From NCBI GenBank assembly GCA_964016885.1, contig OZ024742.1, forward strand, positions 262,632,001 through 262,696,000: a stretch of 64,000 nt of DNA, in the 5' to 3' direction. The notes beneath the pieces are model-generated. The model searched no databases, was not told the origin of the DNA, and saw nothing but the letters and a program-made list of their open reading frames with translations. The translations under genes and the position numbers were made by a program. This document shows positions 39,080-51,545 of the stretch, one piece after another. The stretch comes from Eledone cirrhosa (Eukaryota). The stretch's first letter is position 1. The number at the start of each line of letters is the position of its first letter.

Positions 39080-42000
39080 TTATATAAGAAACGAAAAAGA
39101 AAAAAGACATAGAAACATATATATAAACAATAAAAATGAAAATTCAAACAATGCAAAGTTCCCCAACATTGGGGAAACCTCCGAGGGTTACTCGTGGCGA
39201 AAACCACACAAAAGACCACGGCCACCCTGACCACCAGGGCAAGCGCCCTCTCTCAATTTGTTCTCATTCCTCAAACTACAAGCGTATATTCAGAGCGGTC
39301 CCGTTCACTCGGACCATTCTCGTTACATTCACCCACCTTTCAACAAACGTGCTAGAAAACAGCAATTGCCTCTTCACCCTGATTTTCCTCTTCAAGTGAA
39401 ACTTGAAAAAGTTAATCAGAGATTCGCCGAAGAGGAAAGTGTCTGTCTTTAACCCTTTCAACCTTGTCCATCACACAAACACTTTCGCCATGGCCACCAG
39501 GCAGACGAAAACCGCCTGCCCTTCCTCCTCGAAGAAAGACGGCGAGACCATCTGCACAATGAACTCAGTCGATAACCGGATCCGTCCTGCACGCGACAGC
39601 AACTGTTCGACATAGCTCCACAAGTCAGCAATGCTCGGGCACTGAACGAGTGCGTGCACGACGGTTTCGTCGCTCTGCGCGCATCTCGGACAGGCTCGGC
39701 TGACGGCACTTCCGTGCCTGTAGTGCTTATCTCGAACCGGCAATGCTCACCGGTAGCACTGCCAGGCCAGGGATTTCTGGAAGTTGTCCATAGGCCCCGG
39801 TCTGAAAGTTCTCTTGAAGAGAGCGAACAGCTGATCGTCTTCGACGCCCAGGGTCTCCCCGAGAACGTCGTCGCTCTTTCCCTCCACTAGCCCTCTATAG
39901 AATGCCGAGGTGGATGTTCCACCGATACTAGTACCCAGCTGGTAGAGGGCGGTGAGCGCTTGGAGACATTCCAGCTTCCAAGCGCTATCCCTCGGTCTTT
40001 TCCTGATCCAGGACTGCAGCTCCGTCAAGGAGACGAGCTGGGGAAAAGCGCGCCTGGCAAACGGCGACCACAACTGTTCACCGTCAAGGAAACACGAGAG
40101 ATATCGCAGCATCAGTGCATGTTTGCGCACCATCAGCCACGGCATGCCTAGTCCTCCACGCAACGGGTGTTGACAGCAAATGGATCGTCTTACCATGGGA
40201 GCACGTCCCTTCCACAAAAAGCGAAAAAGAAGGCGCTCCATTTTGGTCAGAGTTGGGCGGGGGAAGTTTGACTGTCAGGTGGTAGCAGATGACGGACGCT
40301 ATGTACGCATTCGCCACCTCCACCCGACCTTTCAGCCCATTTCTGGGTGAGAGAAGCCACCCTGCTTGTCACCTCGCTCCAGTTTTTCTCCATCTGGAGG
40401 TCCGGACCGAACCAGACCCCAAGCATTTTAACCGGTCCTTCCGTCCAGCGCCCCACGACGCTGTCAGACGGCATGGACTTGCCTCTCCAGGTGCCGAGTT
40501 GCAAGCCCACCAACTTTTTCTGGTTTATCTTTGCTCCTGTCACCGCTTCGTATTTCTTGAGAGCGGTGCCGAGCATCTGGACCTGTTGGTGCTCGACACC
40601 ACCACGGTGACGTCGTCGGCGTAAGCTGACACGGATCTCCCGCATCCCAATTCGCGTGGGATCCCTCTCAACGCCTCCAATTTGTGCAGTAACGGGTCTA
40701 GGGCATACAAAAGGGACGAGAGGGGGAAACCCTGGCGGACTGAGCGCATGATACTTAAAGGCTGCGACAGGTGACCGTTCACCCTCACAGTCGAGCAGAT
40801 CTCGCTGTGCATCGCAGCGATCCAGCCCCTAAAAACGGGCCCGAAGCCGGCCGCCTCGAGGACAGCAGCCAGGTACCGATGGTCGACCCTATCAAATGCT
40901 TTCGATTGATCCAAGTTGATCAGGGCCCCACCCGTGCCAGATTCCTTAACCACCCTCTCTATGATGTATCGCTTGAGATGGAGGTATTCGTGGATGGATA
41001 TGTCCGGAATGGCGCATATCTGCGCCTCTCCCACCAGATCACCGACGACAGGCGCCAATCTCTTTGCTAACACCTTGGCCAAAATCTTAAACTCTGCGTT
41101 TAGCAGGGTTATGGGCCTGAAGTTGTCTATAAGGTCCCCCTTGTTCGGGTCTTTTCTCAGCAGCGCCACCGCTCCCCGGCTCACAAAACTGGGAATGCTC
41201 CCGTTCTGCTGCCAGTTGCAGTAGACATCTGCCAAGAGGTCGCCGAACAAGTTGGCATATACGCATAAAGCTCGTGGGGCAGACCATCCAAACCTGGCGA
41301 TTTACCCCTCGTGCAGTCAGACATCGCTTCCCGTATTTCACCTGCTGTTATCGGCTTTTCGCAGCACTGCGCTGCGGTCGTCGAGGGCCACGACAGTCCG
41401 TCGAGGTATGCACCGAAATCCATACTCCGATCCGGCCCGCTGCCGCTCCCGAACAATTGAAGAAAGTGCTGTTGAAAAGCCGCACACATCTGCTCGGGTT
41501 CGAGCAACATGCGCCCGTTTTGATCAGCCAAAAACCGAATTGTGGACTTGTTGCCACGTCGCGCCTCCACCACCCGGGCCCATTGAACGGCTTTCGTCCC
41601 CTCGTGTCTTAGAGCACGCACTCTAGCTCTGACAACGCAGCCTTCATGCTTTGCGTTGAAGAATTGGTCGAGTGCCAATCTCGACGCCAGCACGTCGGTT
41701 GCGATGCCTGTCCTAAACGCCTCTTCTAGATACCGTTCTAGTCGCCCACTAACACTAAAGAGCGAGACGTTCCAAGAAAGGTCTCTAGACGTCTGAAGAA
41801 ATCTGGCCGTCCTGCCTCAGTTGGGGCGTAGACGGCTACTAGCCTGAAAGCATTGCCTTCGCTGCCGGTCACGTCCAGCACCACCGACTTACCTTCTGGG
41901 TCCAGGAAGATGGTCCATATGGCGAGATCCAAGCCTCTCCGAAAAAGCACGACAACCCCTCCCCCCGATCCTGGACGGCTGGGAGATGCGTATACATCGT

Positions 42001-44286
42001 AGCTGCCGAAGATTCTGGTCTCGCTGATGGCCTCCACATCTATGTTTAGTGACCTGAGGTCGTTGAGCAGGTGACCCTGCTTCCAAGATGGCCCCAGGCC
42101 ACGTACATTTATACTGCCTATTCTAAGTACGGCTATGTTGGATGAGAAACGGGGTAAGTGAGAAAGGATCACTTACCTTGATCGGGTGGTGAAGGGACAG
42201 TAGAAACGTCCCTTTGGCTGGTCAGGGGTGTTTCCAAGAGGATGTCGGTGTATATCCTCTTGATAAGCGACCCTCTGAAGTCTCCAACTGCGTTGGGGAA
42301 TTTTTGTTTTAAAAGTTTGTAATGTTCTATTTTGATTTCAATGATGCTTATGTTTGTCGGGAGAGTTCTTGGTGTTGATGGGGTGTAGTAGTTTTTGTCT
42401 GTGTGCTGCTTTATATGTTGTAAGAGTTCTTTATTTGCCATGCTTATGGCTGTGTACTTTTTGGAGGGAGGGGCGATTTTGTTGCTGTTTTCTTGTTGTT
42501 GCTGTTGGGTGTGTGTGTTTTGTTGTGTTTCCGATGTTGGTGTTTTTGGTGATGCTGGTGGTGGTGTGGTTGTTGTTGATGGTGATGGTGGTGGTGTTGC
42601 TGCAAGTCTCCTTGCAGCCTTTACCCCTCTTTGTCTACCTTCGCTTTTGAGGTTTTTTCTTTTTTCTTTTTTGTGGCAGACCGTTTGCCACTTCCCTCCC
42701 ACCTCACACTCCATGTCGGACCCCGCGGCGTCCGGGAAGGGCATGAGCTCCACTTCTGTTGGTGGTGGTAGTGGAGCCCGTTCCGGCGATTTTACCGCCG
42801 GTGTAGCTACTGCGAGTGTTGGCGTTGCCGCCACTGCTGCCGCTGCTTTAGTTGTCCGTGGCCTTGGTATGGGTGCCACGGACGTTGCCCTCCTACTCAC
42901 CATGGAAGGGTCTTCTGCCTCTTTTGCCTGCCCTGTTCTTGGTAGCAGCGTATCAGGCGTCGGAAGGATAGGGGCCCTCTTCTTGGCTGTCTTCTGCGCG
43001 CAGAAAGCCCTGAGGTAACCCTTCTGCCCACAGAGATAGCACTTTGGGCGCCTTCCTTCCACGTTTATAGGGAGTTGGAGCCCTTCTTCGAGGTCTATGA
43101 TGTCTGGGATGGCGTCTACGCACTCCTGGTCAGTCTGTATTAGTATTTGCATGCCTATTCCTGACCAGTTCTCTCTTCCCATTCTCTGTATTTGCAATAT
43201 GGTGGTCTTCTCCTCGATTCCAGCCAGTACAGACGCGGCCAGCCAAGGTATGGGCGCGTCTGGCGGGACCTGGGTCACTTTGACCCTCACAATTTTCTGC
43301 CCGCAGTAGGAGGGCACCAAGACTATCTCCTCACTCTTTGGGGTTTCCAAAGAGTGAGACTTCGCCTCTTGGTGGGTGACGAAAAGTAGGTCTACTGTGG
43401 CATACTTTTTGCCTCGGATGGGGTGGGTTTTGCCTCCCTGGCTCTCTCCACCCGATGTGACATTTTGCTTATGGTGCGGTAAGTCACCGTGCGCACCTGC
43501 TGGTCTTTGAAGAAATCGGGTAGAGGTTTCAGAGAAACTCTATTGTCGTTTCTCGACACCATAGCTCATGCTATTGCCATCTCCTCCGTAACTAGCACTG
43601 TCTCTATATTTTGGGCCACACCTGCGAAAGAAGTGACCCCTTTTTCAGCGGCACCATTATTACTGCCGCTACTGCTGCTACTGGTCTTGTTGTTGGTGCT
43701 GTTGCTGTTGCTACTGCTACAAACGGTGTTGTGGTGCTGTTGCTGTTATCACTGTTGTAGTTGGTTGTGTTTTGGTGCCACCGTTGTTGTTGTTTTCGGT
43801 GCAATTTGTATTGTTGCTGTTGGTGTTGTCGTTGTTTATTTTCTTGTTAGTGGTGTTAATATCGTTGTTGCATTTGTTGTCATTTTTTTCTTTGTATTTT
43901 GGTTGACGCTGTTATTGTTGTAGTTGATGTGGTAATGTTTTTAAAATTAGTGTTCTCAGTGTTGTCTTTGTTTACGTAGTTTGTGGTGATGTATTTTGTA
44001 TGAATTTCACTAACCCATCTCTCAACTTTTACGCCGTTGTCACACGACAGCAGACATATTGCTGGTGGGCGTGGCTCAGACATGTTTTTTTGTTTTTTTT
44101 TTATTTTCAAAAGTAAAATGTTCAAAAATTTGGGCCAAAAGGCCCAAATAGTATAGTTTCCCCTTCACCGGGCAAAATCCAAGGGCTTATGTCCCTTACA
44201 CAACAAGAAAAATTTAACAACAATTAATTATAACAGGTAAGTAAAGCGACTTACTGGGAGCGAGCAAAAAAGACGTCCAAACAGAC
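39080..44286 (-). mobile_element. Near full-length Tx1/L1-clade non-LTR retrotransposon, decayed
   Basis: ORF1 42169-~44100 with knuckle CYLCGQKGYLRAFC. APE 41738-42172 (SINVRGL, ISET, VYAP, VLVGD, then an internal deletion). RT 40300-41340 (KSPGLDG, DQSKAFDRV, VRQGFPLS, YADD). C-terminal CPRC..ETVVHALVQC. Confidence 0.92.
42169..43350 (-). pseudogene. Tx1-type ORF1 C-terminal part (zinc knuckle, Pro/Thr-rich tail)
   Basis: 393-aa ORF with VEGRRPKCYLCGQKGYLRAFC (His replaced by Tyr). Confidence 0.75.
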
Positions 44287-44296
44287 CAATAATAAT

Positions 44297-44481
44297 AATT
44301 GTTTCTACTTTTGGCACAAGGCCAGCAATTACCCAGTGCATTACTGGTACTTTATTTTATCGACCCCGTAAGGATGAAAGGCAAAGTTAACCTCGGCGGG
44401 ATTTGAACTCAGTATGGCAAGGGTTGTAACTCTATGCTTCAAAGCATGGCGTCCGACCCTCTACCGATACTGCTAATCCAC
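44297..44481 (-). mobile_element. tRNA-derived SINE
   Basis: Full copy with an (ATT)n tail abutting the Tx1 5' end. Confidence 0.85.
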
Positions 44482-44652
44482 ATATAAAAAGTGGTCTAAC
44501 ATGTTCAGCATATATTTCAGGGAGACTGGAAAAGTGGATAGCGGCGCCCGTGTACTGAGTCGGATTTAGAACTTGGTGGTTGGGGGCACTTCAGGTTTGA
44601 CGAGGCCTTATACACAAAATATTAAAATATATAATAGACGCCCAAATTTACA

Positions 44653-45130
44653 TTTCAAAGTCGGCTTGGTGCATGTAATTGGAATTGCCAGGTTAAACAT
44701 AAATCTGACCATCATCATTTTATGTGCACTTTCCTCACTGGCATGTGTTGGGCGGATTGTATATATATAAACATATGTTTGAAAACGGAGTAAGGTTCTA
44801 TACACAACAGAGGTTATAGAGAAAAAATAGGATTGGAAACACCACGGAAATATATTTAAAGAATCTGTTTTTCTTTTTTTTCATCTTTGATCCGTCAAAG
44901 TGAGATTATTGAAAAAATGAGAACAATTAAAAAAAAAGAAATTTTATAAAATATATAAAATATATAAAATATTACCGGTTTCGATGTATCAATGTAAACC
45001 ATCTTATCAAATATTAAATATTTCAATTAAAAGAATTAAAAAGAATTTTAAAAAATAAAAAATAAAAAATTTGAAATTAAATGTTGGGAGGAAGACTGGG
45101 TCTAAAAGGGAACCTTATATATAGAGAAAG

Positions 45131-45168
<38 letters not shown>

Positions 45169-45193
45169 GGTGGTGGTGGTGGTGGTGGTGGTG

Positions 45194-45247
<54 letters not shown>

Positions 45248-45256
45248 ATGGTGGTG

Positions 45257-45314
<58 letters not shown>

Positions 45315-45736
45315 GAGAGGAATTTTTCTATATATATGTGTGTGTAACTTAATTGTGTTAAAGAACTGGTCAAGAGTTCAGTTGGGAGTGGTGAAGAGGG
45401 AAATCTAAGCTAGGGGCAATTACTTTAGGGGAGATATATATAGGTATAGGATTGTAAAATATATATATAGGTATAGGATTGTAAAAGAAATTCTATTTTA
45501 GGAATATGGTTTTAGAGGGTATGAGAGAGAGAGAGAGGGGGGGGGGAGAGAGGAGTAGGATTGAAAACAGAACGGAAAATATATTTAAAGAATCTGTTTT
45601 TCTTTTTTTCTTCTTTGATCTGTCAAAGTGACATTATTGAAAAATGAGAACAATTTTATTTTAAAAGGGTGTTTTATAATGTATATAGAATATATATAAT
45701 ATAACCGGTTTCGATGTATCGATGTAATCCATCTTA
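44653..45736 (-). mobile_element. Second copy of the U3-A8 hammerhead element plus a partial tandem pLTR
   Basis: 44653-45522 matches 31145-31953. Hammerhead 44968-45015: aatat TTGATAA gatggtttacattgatacatc GAAA ccgg TA atatt. 45560-45736 is a truncated repeat. Confidence 0.78.
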
Positions 45737-45748
45737 CACACACACACT

Positions 45749-45793
<45 letters not shown>

Positions 45794-45794
<1 letters not shown>

Positions 45795-45822
45795 CTAGCA
45801 GAAGTACCCGGCGTTGCCCAGG
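45794..45822 (-). mobile_element. Helitron-type 3' terminus (body probably extends to higher coordinates)
   Basis: Reverse complement cctgggcaacgccgggtacttctgCTAG-t. Confidence 0.65.
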
Positions 45823-47574
45823 TGTAAGTCGACCTTTGCTCTGTTGTTAAAATGTGTGAAAGTTACTTCCCGCGTATCACAGGTGCAAAAACCTTCGAAC
45901 CTCAAGGAAAAAAACAGAGGTTAGTAGACGCAGGTGTGTAATTGAGCATAAATAATGGATCAATTGTAGGCTCACAGTGTATCGTTGAAATTGTTCTTTG
46001 CACGACTGACGGAAGTCAAATTCACTTGAAATTGAATTTTCAATTGATTTTTAAAGCAGGGTGAAAAAGTCGATTTTTTCAGTTTTTTTTTTTTTTACAA
46101 TTTTCGCGCTCACATGTGCAGAAGAAGAAATAAAAGGGACTTTATCTGAACCTCGGCATAATGGCGAGTCTTTTGCGACAGTTTTCAAGAAAATCGGACG
46201 TTCCTGTAAAAAGTTTTCCCATGTGCAACTTTGCCTTGTTTTTTGCGCAAAGTCGAACCCCCGCTTCAGTTTTATTGATTTTTTACATGAATGCGTGACC
46301 TCTGAAGTAGATTTGAGTAGCTAAAAACCTGTCCCGGTAAATTTGCTATAGGTGAAAAAAAGTTGATCAAAATTGTGTCTATGGTTATTGCCCTTTGCAA
46401 CAGCCTCAACGTGTCTTCAAGTATGGTTTGTTAATTTGTTGTGGAACTAAATCGACTTTCGTCAAATTGGACCGAGGAAACAATGTTTCCATTTGTCTTT
46501 CTAGCTGGTGTACCCGGTTACACTCGGGGTTATAAGGCGCTGGATTTAAACGGGTCTGCGCTAAATTCCAGCAGGATGCTTTAACCGAAATAAATGAAGA
46601 ACAAACGTTTCTTTTTGTGCTCCAATCTGTGATATTGGTATTTTGAAAAAATAGTCCACAAACATCCATGGAGCATGTGTAACGCATGTATCAGGTTATG
46701 AGAAAAAGGGTTTTCGATTCTCCATTCATAAGATACCAAAAAATTGCACGCAAATAAACCGGGATTTTAAGGCACTGCCCAATTCATAGCTGAAAGGTAA
46801 GAATCAAGTGGAATAATGTTTTGCGACATTGTCAAATGTACAACTGTACAAAAGCAAAGGATATAGCCATTGAAATCTAGGTAGACCAAAGAATTTGGTG
46901 GGGTTGTATATCAGAGGATTGTTTTCCTTGTGATTCACGTCTAGCCTACAAAGTGAAGTTAGATTATTGTAGTCGGTGTTGTATCAATAAAAAATAAAAG
47001 CATACGGAAGACTGAACACTTACGAAATAAGTGAAAATCACGTTGATATTCCTATCGGAGCAACATGTGCCGAAAAACCTGACAGACTGTTGTGTCAATA
47101 TTGAAATCGTAGAAATTGCGAATCCCGACCTCTAAGATGTAATGGATAGGCCTTGGAGGTGAAGAGGAAGAATTGGTACAATTATTTTGCTGAACATGTT
47201 GACCATTAATTTAAATAGACTTACGCAGCATCATCGTGCGGTTTTGTTGTTTATGGCCTAGAATGAGGGCCGGTTAAACGCGGCAGAAAAATAAGCCATG
47301 CTGATGATATTTAGGGGCGTCGCAGGGAATAGATGCGGCGTTGTGAGTCAATTGTGAGGACAGTGGAGGGCACGCTGATCGCTTGAGAAGACGCGATGCT
47401 ACACTGGATGCTTCTCGGCCATAATTGACAGAAAGGCATGTCAGGAGAAATGAAAGAGTTGCTATTCATCCTTTGCTTAGCATGATGAACATGTAATTAA
47501 AAAGATTTACCATGGACTATCGTGCACGTTGGTATTGTGTTTAGCCTGCGAAAATCGGTGATCAAATGGGGCAA

Positions 47575-48875
47575 CAATAAGCCATGTTGATGACGTTTAA
47601 GCGGGTGGCAAGGAATTAATGCGGCATAGATAGACATGGGAGTCTTGAAGGAGCACGGCGTTCAGGCAAAAGAAAGGGCCGAGGGGGGGATGGTGGCTGA
47701 CAGTGCATGGATGCGGCATCCTGAGGCATGACGATGCAGTAGGATGACGGCCAGCAGGCAAGGAAGAGGGCAGGGATGGACGGTGGCAAGGATGCCGCAT
47801 GGTGAGCCATGGCAGTCTTGAAGGAGCACTTGGGCAGGCAAAAGAAAGGGCTGAGGAGGGGATGGTGGCTGACAGAGCATTGATGCGGCATGGTGATGCA
47901 TGATGATGCAGTGGGATGGCGGCGTACAGGGAACGGAGAGGACAGGGGTTGACGGTGGCAGGGATGCGACTTGGTCCCTCAAGACTGCCATGCCTAGGCA
48001 GTGGAAAGGGTCGGGGAGTGGATGGCGGCTGAGGGATGCAACATGTTGAGGCATGACGAAAGGGCAGGGTGCATGGCGGCTGACAGGGCGTGGATGCGGC
48101 GTGCCAATTGAGTTGCACCTCGGGAATGTAGAGAGCACCGGGAGGCACGATGATTGTTTGAGAAAACCGTGTGCAAGGCAGGATGTTTATCGGCCATACA
48201 TGATCGGTAGGCTTTGGGGGAGAAAGGGATGAATTTTTGTTTAATTTTAGTTAAATATGGTCAAAATGAATGTAAAAAGACTTACACAGGATCGTCTTCA
48301 TGTTCGGTGCTGTCTTTGGTCTGAGATAATGGGCGGTTATGTGCGGCACAGGAATAAACCATGCTGATGACATTTGAGCAAGTTGCTGACAGGGCAGGAA
48401 TGCCGCATGGTGAGCCATGGCAGTCGTGAGGGACCAAGGCGTGCGGGCAAGGGGGAGGGCAGGGGTTGACGGTGGCAGGGATACGGCTTGGTTAGACATG
48501 GCAGTCTTGAAGGAGCACGGCGGGCAGGCAAAATAAAAGCTGAGGAGGCGATGGTGGCTGACAGATCATGGATGCGGCATGGTGAGGCATAACGATACAG
48601 TGGGTTGACGGTGGCAGGGATGTGGCTTGGTCAGGCATGGAATTCTTGAACTCTCCCGGAATGTAGGCAATGGAAATGGGCAGGGGTGGACGGTGGCAGG
48701 GATTCGGCATGTTGAGCCGTGGCAGTCCTTAGGGACCACGGAGGGCAGGCAATGGAAAGGGCCGGGGAATGTATTGCGGCTGACAAGGCAGAGATCCGCA
48801 TGGTGGTGATGCACAACGATGCAGTGAGGCGACGGCGTGCAGGGAAGGGAGAGGGCAGGGGTTGACGGATGCCTC
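47575..48875. repeat. GC-rich degenerate modular tandem repeat
   Basis: Shuffled modules ggggttgacggtggcaggga, gccatggcagtcttgaaggagcac and ggtggctgacag...gatgcggcat, recurring many times. Confidence 0.75.
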
Positions 48876-49432
48876 ATTATGCTACGGTAGTGGGACCACA
48901 GGAATGAAGAGAGCGCATGGAGGCTCGATGATCGCTTGAGAAGACTGTGCGCAATACAGGATGATGCACGGTGGTATAGTCTTGACAGTCCTTATATAAG
49001 AAATGGAAGAATCGGCATAAAAAGTTTGCTGAATATGGTGAGTGTTAATTTAAAGAGACTTACAGTGGATAATCCTGATAGATTGAACGTCTTTTGCATG
49101 GCGGGAGTCGCGACAAATGGAAGCAAGAATGGCGTTTTTCGGTTGCCGGATTTTTGCCTCTGGGGGTCCGATTATCGCTTCAAGCATAGCTTTATACAAT
49201 ATGTATAAATATTTCGTATCTCCAAAGAAATACAGTTTTAGGAAGCCGTAGCTATGCAAACACCGAAGGCCAGTTAAGCCTGAAAAGCAAAATCCTATTT
49301 TTTTTTTATTATAAGTTGAGCCAACTTATGCAGCTTCATATGCAAATGAGATTAATCACCTCATTTACACAGACGAGAAAAGTATATATTCTCAGCTGTC
49401 TTCTAGTTCAGCAGTCGCAGGCGGTGGGAGGG

Positions 49433-49476
49433 ACCGTCCTGACGAAGGCCAGTTAAGCCTGAAATGCATAGACGGT
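49433..49476 (+). ncRNA. Canonical type I hammerhead ribozyme in a solo pLTR (49175-49640)
   Basis: accgtc CTGACGA aggc-cagttaa-gcct GAAA tgca TA gacggt: perfect stems I and II, palindromic stem III; predicted cleavage after A49470. Confidence 0.9.
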
Positions 49477-49659
49477 TGTCCCCCTTGCTTCTGCTCGATA
49501 TCACCAGAGGGCGTTAGCCCCCCCCCCCCCCCCCCTCCGGTGTTTACATAGCTACGGCTTCCTAAAACTGTATTTCTTTGGAGATACGAAATATTTATAC
49601 ATATTGTATAAAGCTATGCTTGAAGCGAAATCCTATTTCTTTTATATATATATATATAT

Positions 49660-50040
49660 ATATTTCGTTTCTGAATTTGTTTAGCAAGATGCTTTATCTG
49701 GAAACGTGTGTTGAAACCGATATTGTTATACTTTGGGAGGGTCATGTTGCCAATAAGAAACACACACACCAGTTGCTTTCACTCCATCTTGGCGTAGGAC
49801 AGAACAAAGGAGAGGCACAAAACAAAGAAAAGAATCCCCAGTCACTGAAGAGGTCACAGAATGTGTGACGAAAGAACTTTGACAATATATGAACAACCGT
49901 CCGGTTGTGGAACCAACCGGAAATTTATACATTTTTTGAAAAAATTAAAAAAAATCTTTTTTATTTTTTATTTATAATAAATTGGAGTGAAGCAACTGGT
50001 GAGTATGTTTCTTATTGGCAACATGACCCTCCCAAAGTAT

Positions 50041-50046
<6 letters not shown>
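49660..50046 (+). mobile_element. Solo pLTR of the PLE 4 family with inverted ends; hammerhead at 49841-49883
   Basis: Matches 57437-57560 and 58210-58456. gtca CTGAAGA ggtcacagaatgtgtgac GAAA gaac TT tgac. Confidence 0.8.
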
Positions 50047-50126
<80 letters not shown>

Positions 50127-50959
50127 ATATATATTAGAAAATGTATTTTACGAAAATTATAAAACACTTACAGAACTTCAGTATATACAATGTTTTTAGC
50201 GTCGATAGATTTATAGGGTTCATTTGTGAGATTTTATAGATGGTGGATTTCGAGATTGGAGAACATGTAATTAATTAAGCTTACAGCGCTTTCCACAACA
50301 GTAAAAAATGACGAAGGATAAAAACATCTTTCAGTATCAAAGGATTGCTTTTCTATAAATTTAAACGGCTGAGAGGTGCTTATTTGTAACTCCGAGTGTA
50401 TCCCTCGCTTCCCACCTCTGTTATTCGCACTGAAGAAATCTCTGAGGCTGGGAACCCGAGGCTCCCTCCACATTTCAAGTGTTTAACACTGGGATTGTCC
50501 CATCAGGGTATTATACATGATTTCGGTCAGCTACGACAACTACTCAAACAGTATAAAGTTGAAGCAAGAGTTAAAAGCTTGAATTTTAAGCAAATCTTCA
50601 GGTGAGAATCTAGGACAGGTAAATTGATTATAATTGCTAATAACTCCAATGGGAAAGTCTCAGTGGAATATCTTACATTATTGTTATTGTTGTGGTGTTT
50701 AATAACACGTGAGCAGCTATGTCACATGTGTAACGGTCTAGGTCAGCTGACTCCTGCTGTGTACAGCTCGTTTGACCTACAAACACAGCAAAACGTAAAC
50801 ACTTTAAAGTTGGTCCACAACTTTAATGGTTCATGACACTTCAACCATATAGTGTGTAGGGGTGGATGGAGGTGTGTGCGCGCTCGCGCGCGTGTGTGTG
50901 TGTGAAGACGCGTCGTCTAGTGATTAGGGGGATCGGCCCTGCTTCTTCTTCGTCTCCTT

Positions 50960-51320
50960 CTTTTTCTTCTGATATTTAAGTATCAACAGCAACATAGAAT
51001 TGATAAACGTGTCCGAACACGGAAGAGCCGAACTTCCGCTGTCATCGCCTCCATCTCTCTCGCCCTCTCCATCTCTCTGTATTATGAGTATATGGTGTCC
51101 CACGTGCCGGCTGCCCCACGGCCCCGGCGGACAGAATGGAGAAGGCGTTTCCCGGGAGGATGATAAGGGACATGCGCTGGAAGAGCCATTCCATCTCGCG
51201 AGGCTCACACCTGCGGCTAGCCAGCTCAGCACCTATGGTGGTAAGTACGGAGGTAGCCCTAGGGCCAAGGACACCAGAAGTCTCCACTGCTAGGAGCACG
51301 ACCGCAAACCTGTCGGAGAT
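50960..51320 (-). mobile_element. CRE-like non-LTR retrotransposon 3' end
   Basis: LAVETSGVLGPRA...EPREMEWLFQRMSL...GNAFSIL resembles the C-terminus of the CRE restriction-like endonuclease. Confidence 0.7.
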
Positions 51321-51494
51321 AAACTTTGTGATTGGGGGTGGGGGAGGGGGAATAGGCGACAAGGCCCGTTCCAGGGTGGTTTGTTAGAGGAAAATTATCC
51401 AATGGGTAGCTCGTTCTCTTGTGTAAGTGTTGCTCTTAAACAATTTTTTAAAGAATGCTCACAAAAAAGGTATCAAAGTCTTTGAGAAACTCAC

Positions 51495-51545
51495 CAGCGG
51501 AGAAAACATTAATCTCCCATGTATGCCTTTATATATCCTTTTCAT
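51495..51545 (-). CDS. Tentative first coding segment of the CABIT gene
   Basis: ATG..MKRIYKGIHGRLMFSPL then CTG|gtgagt (phase 0, compatible with 37566). Possible acceptor acattacag| at 51633. No homology support. Confidence 0.2.

Noticed and set aside
45132-45312. Poly-Tyr/His or poly-Val ORFs
   Set aside because: (TAG)n/(TGG)n tract internal to the repeat element; differs from the paralogous tract at 31382-31470.
47597-48877. Pro/His/Cys-rich ORFs of 60-183 aa
   Set aside because: Several frames open at once over a GC-rich repeat; no domain motifs.
50230-50605. Possible plus-strand exon or transposase fragment
   Set aside because: Splice-like ends but internal stops and no recognisable family motif.
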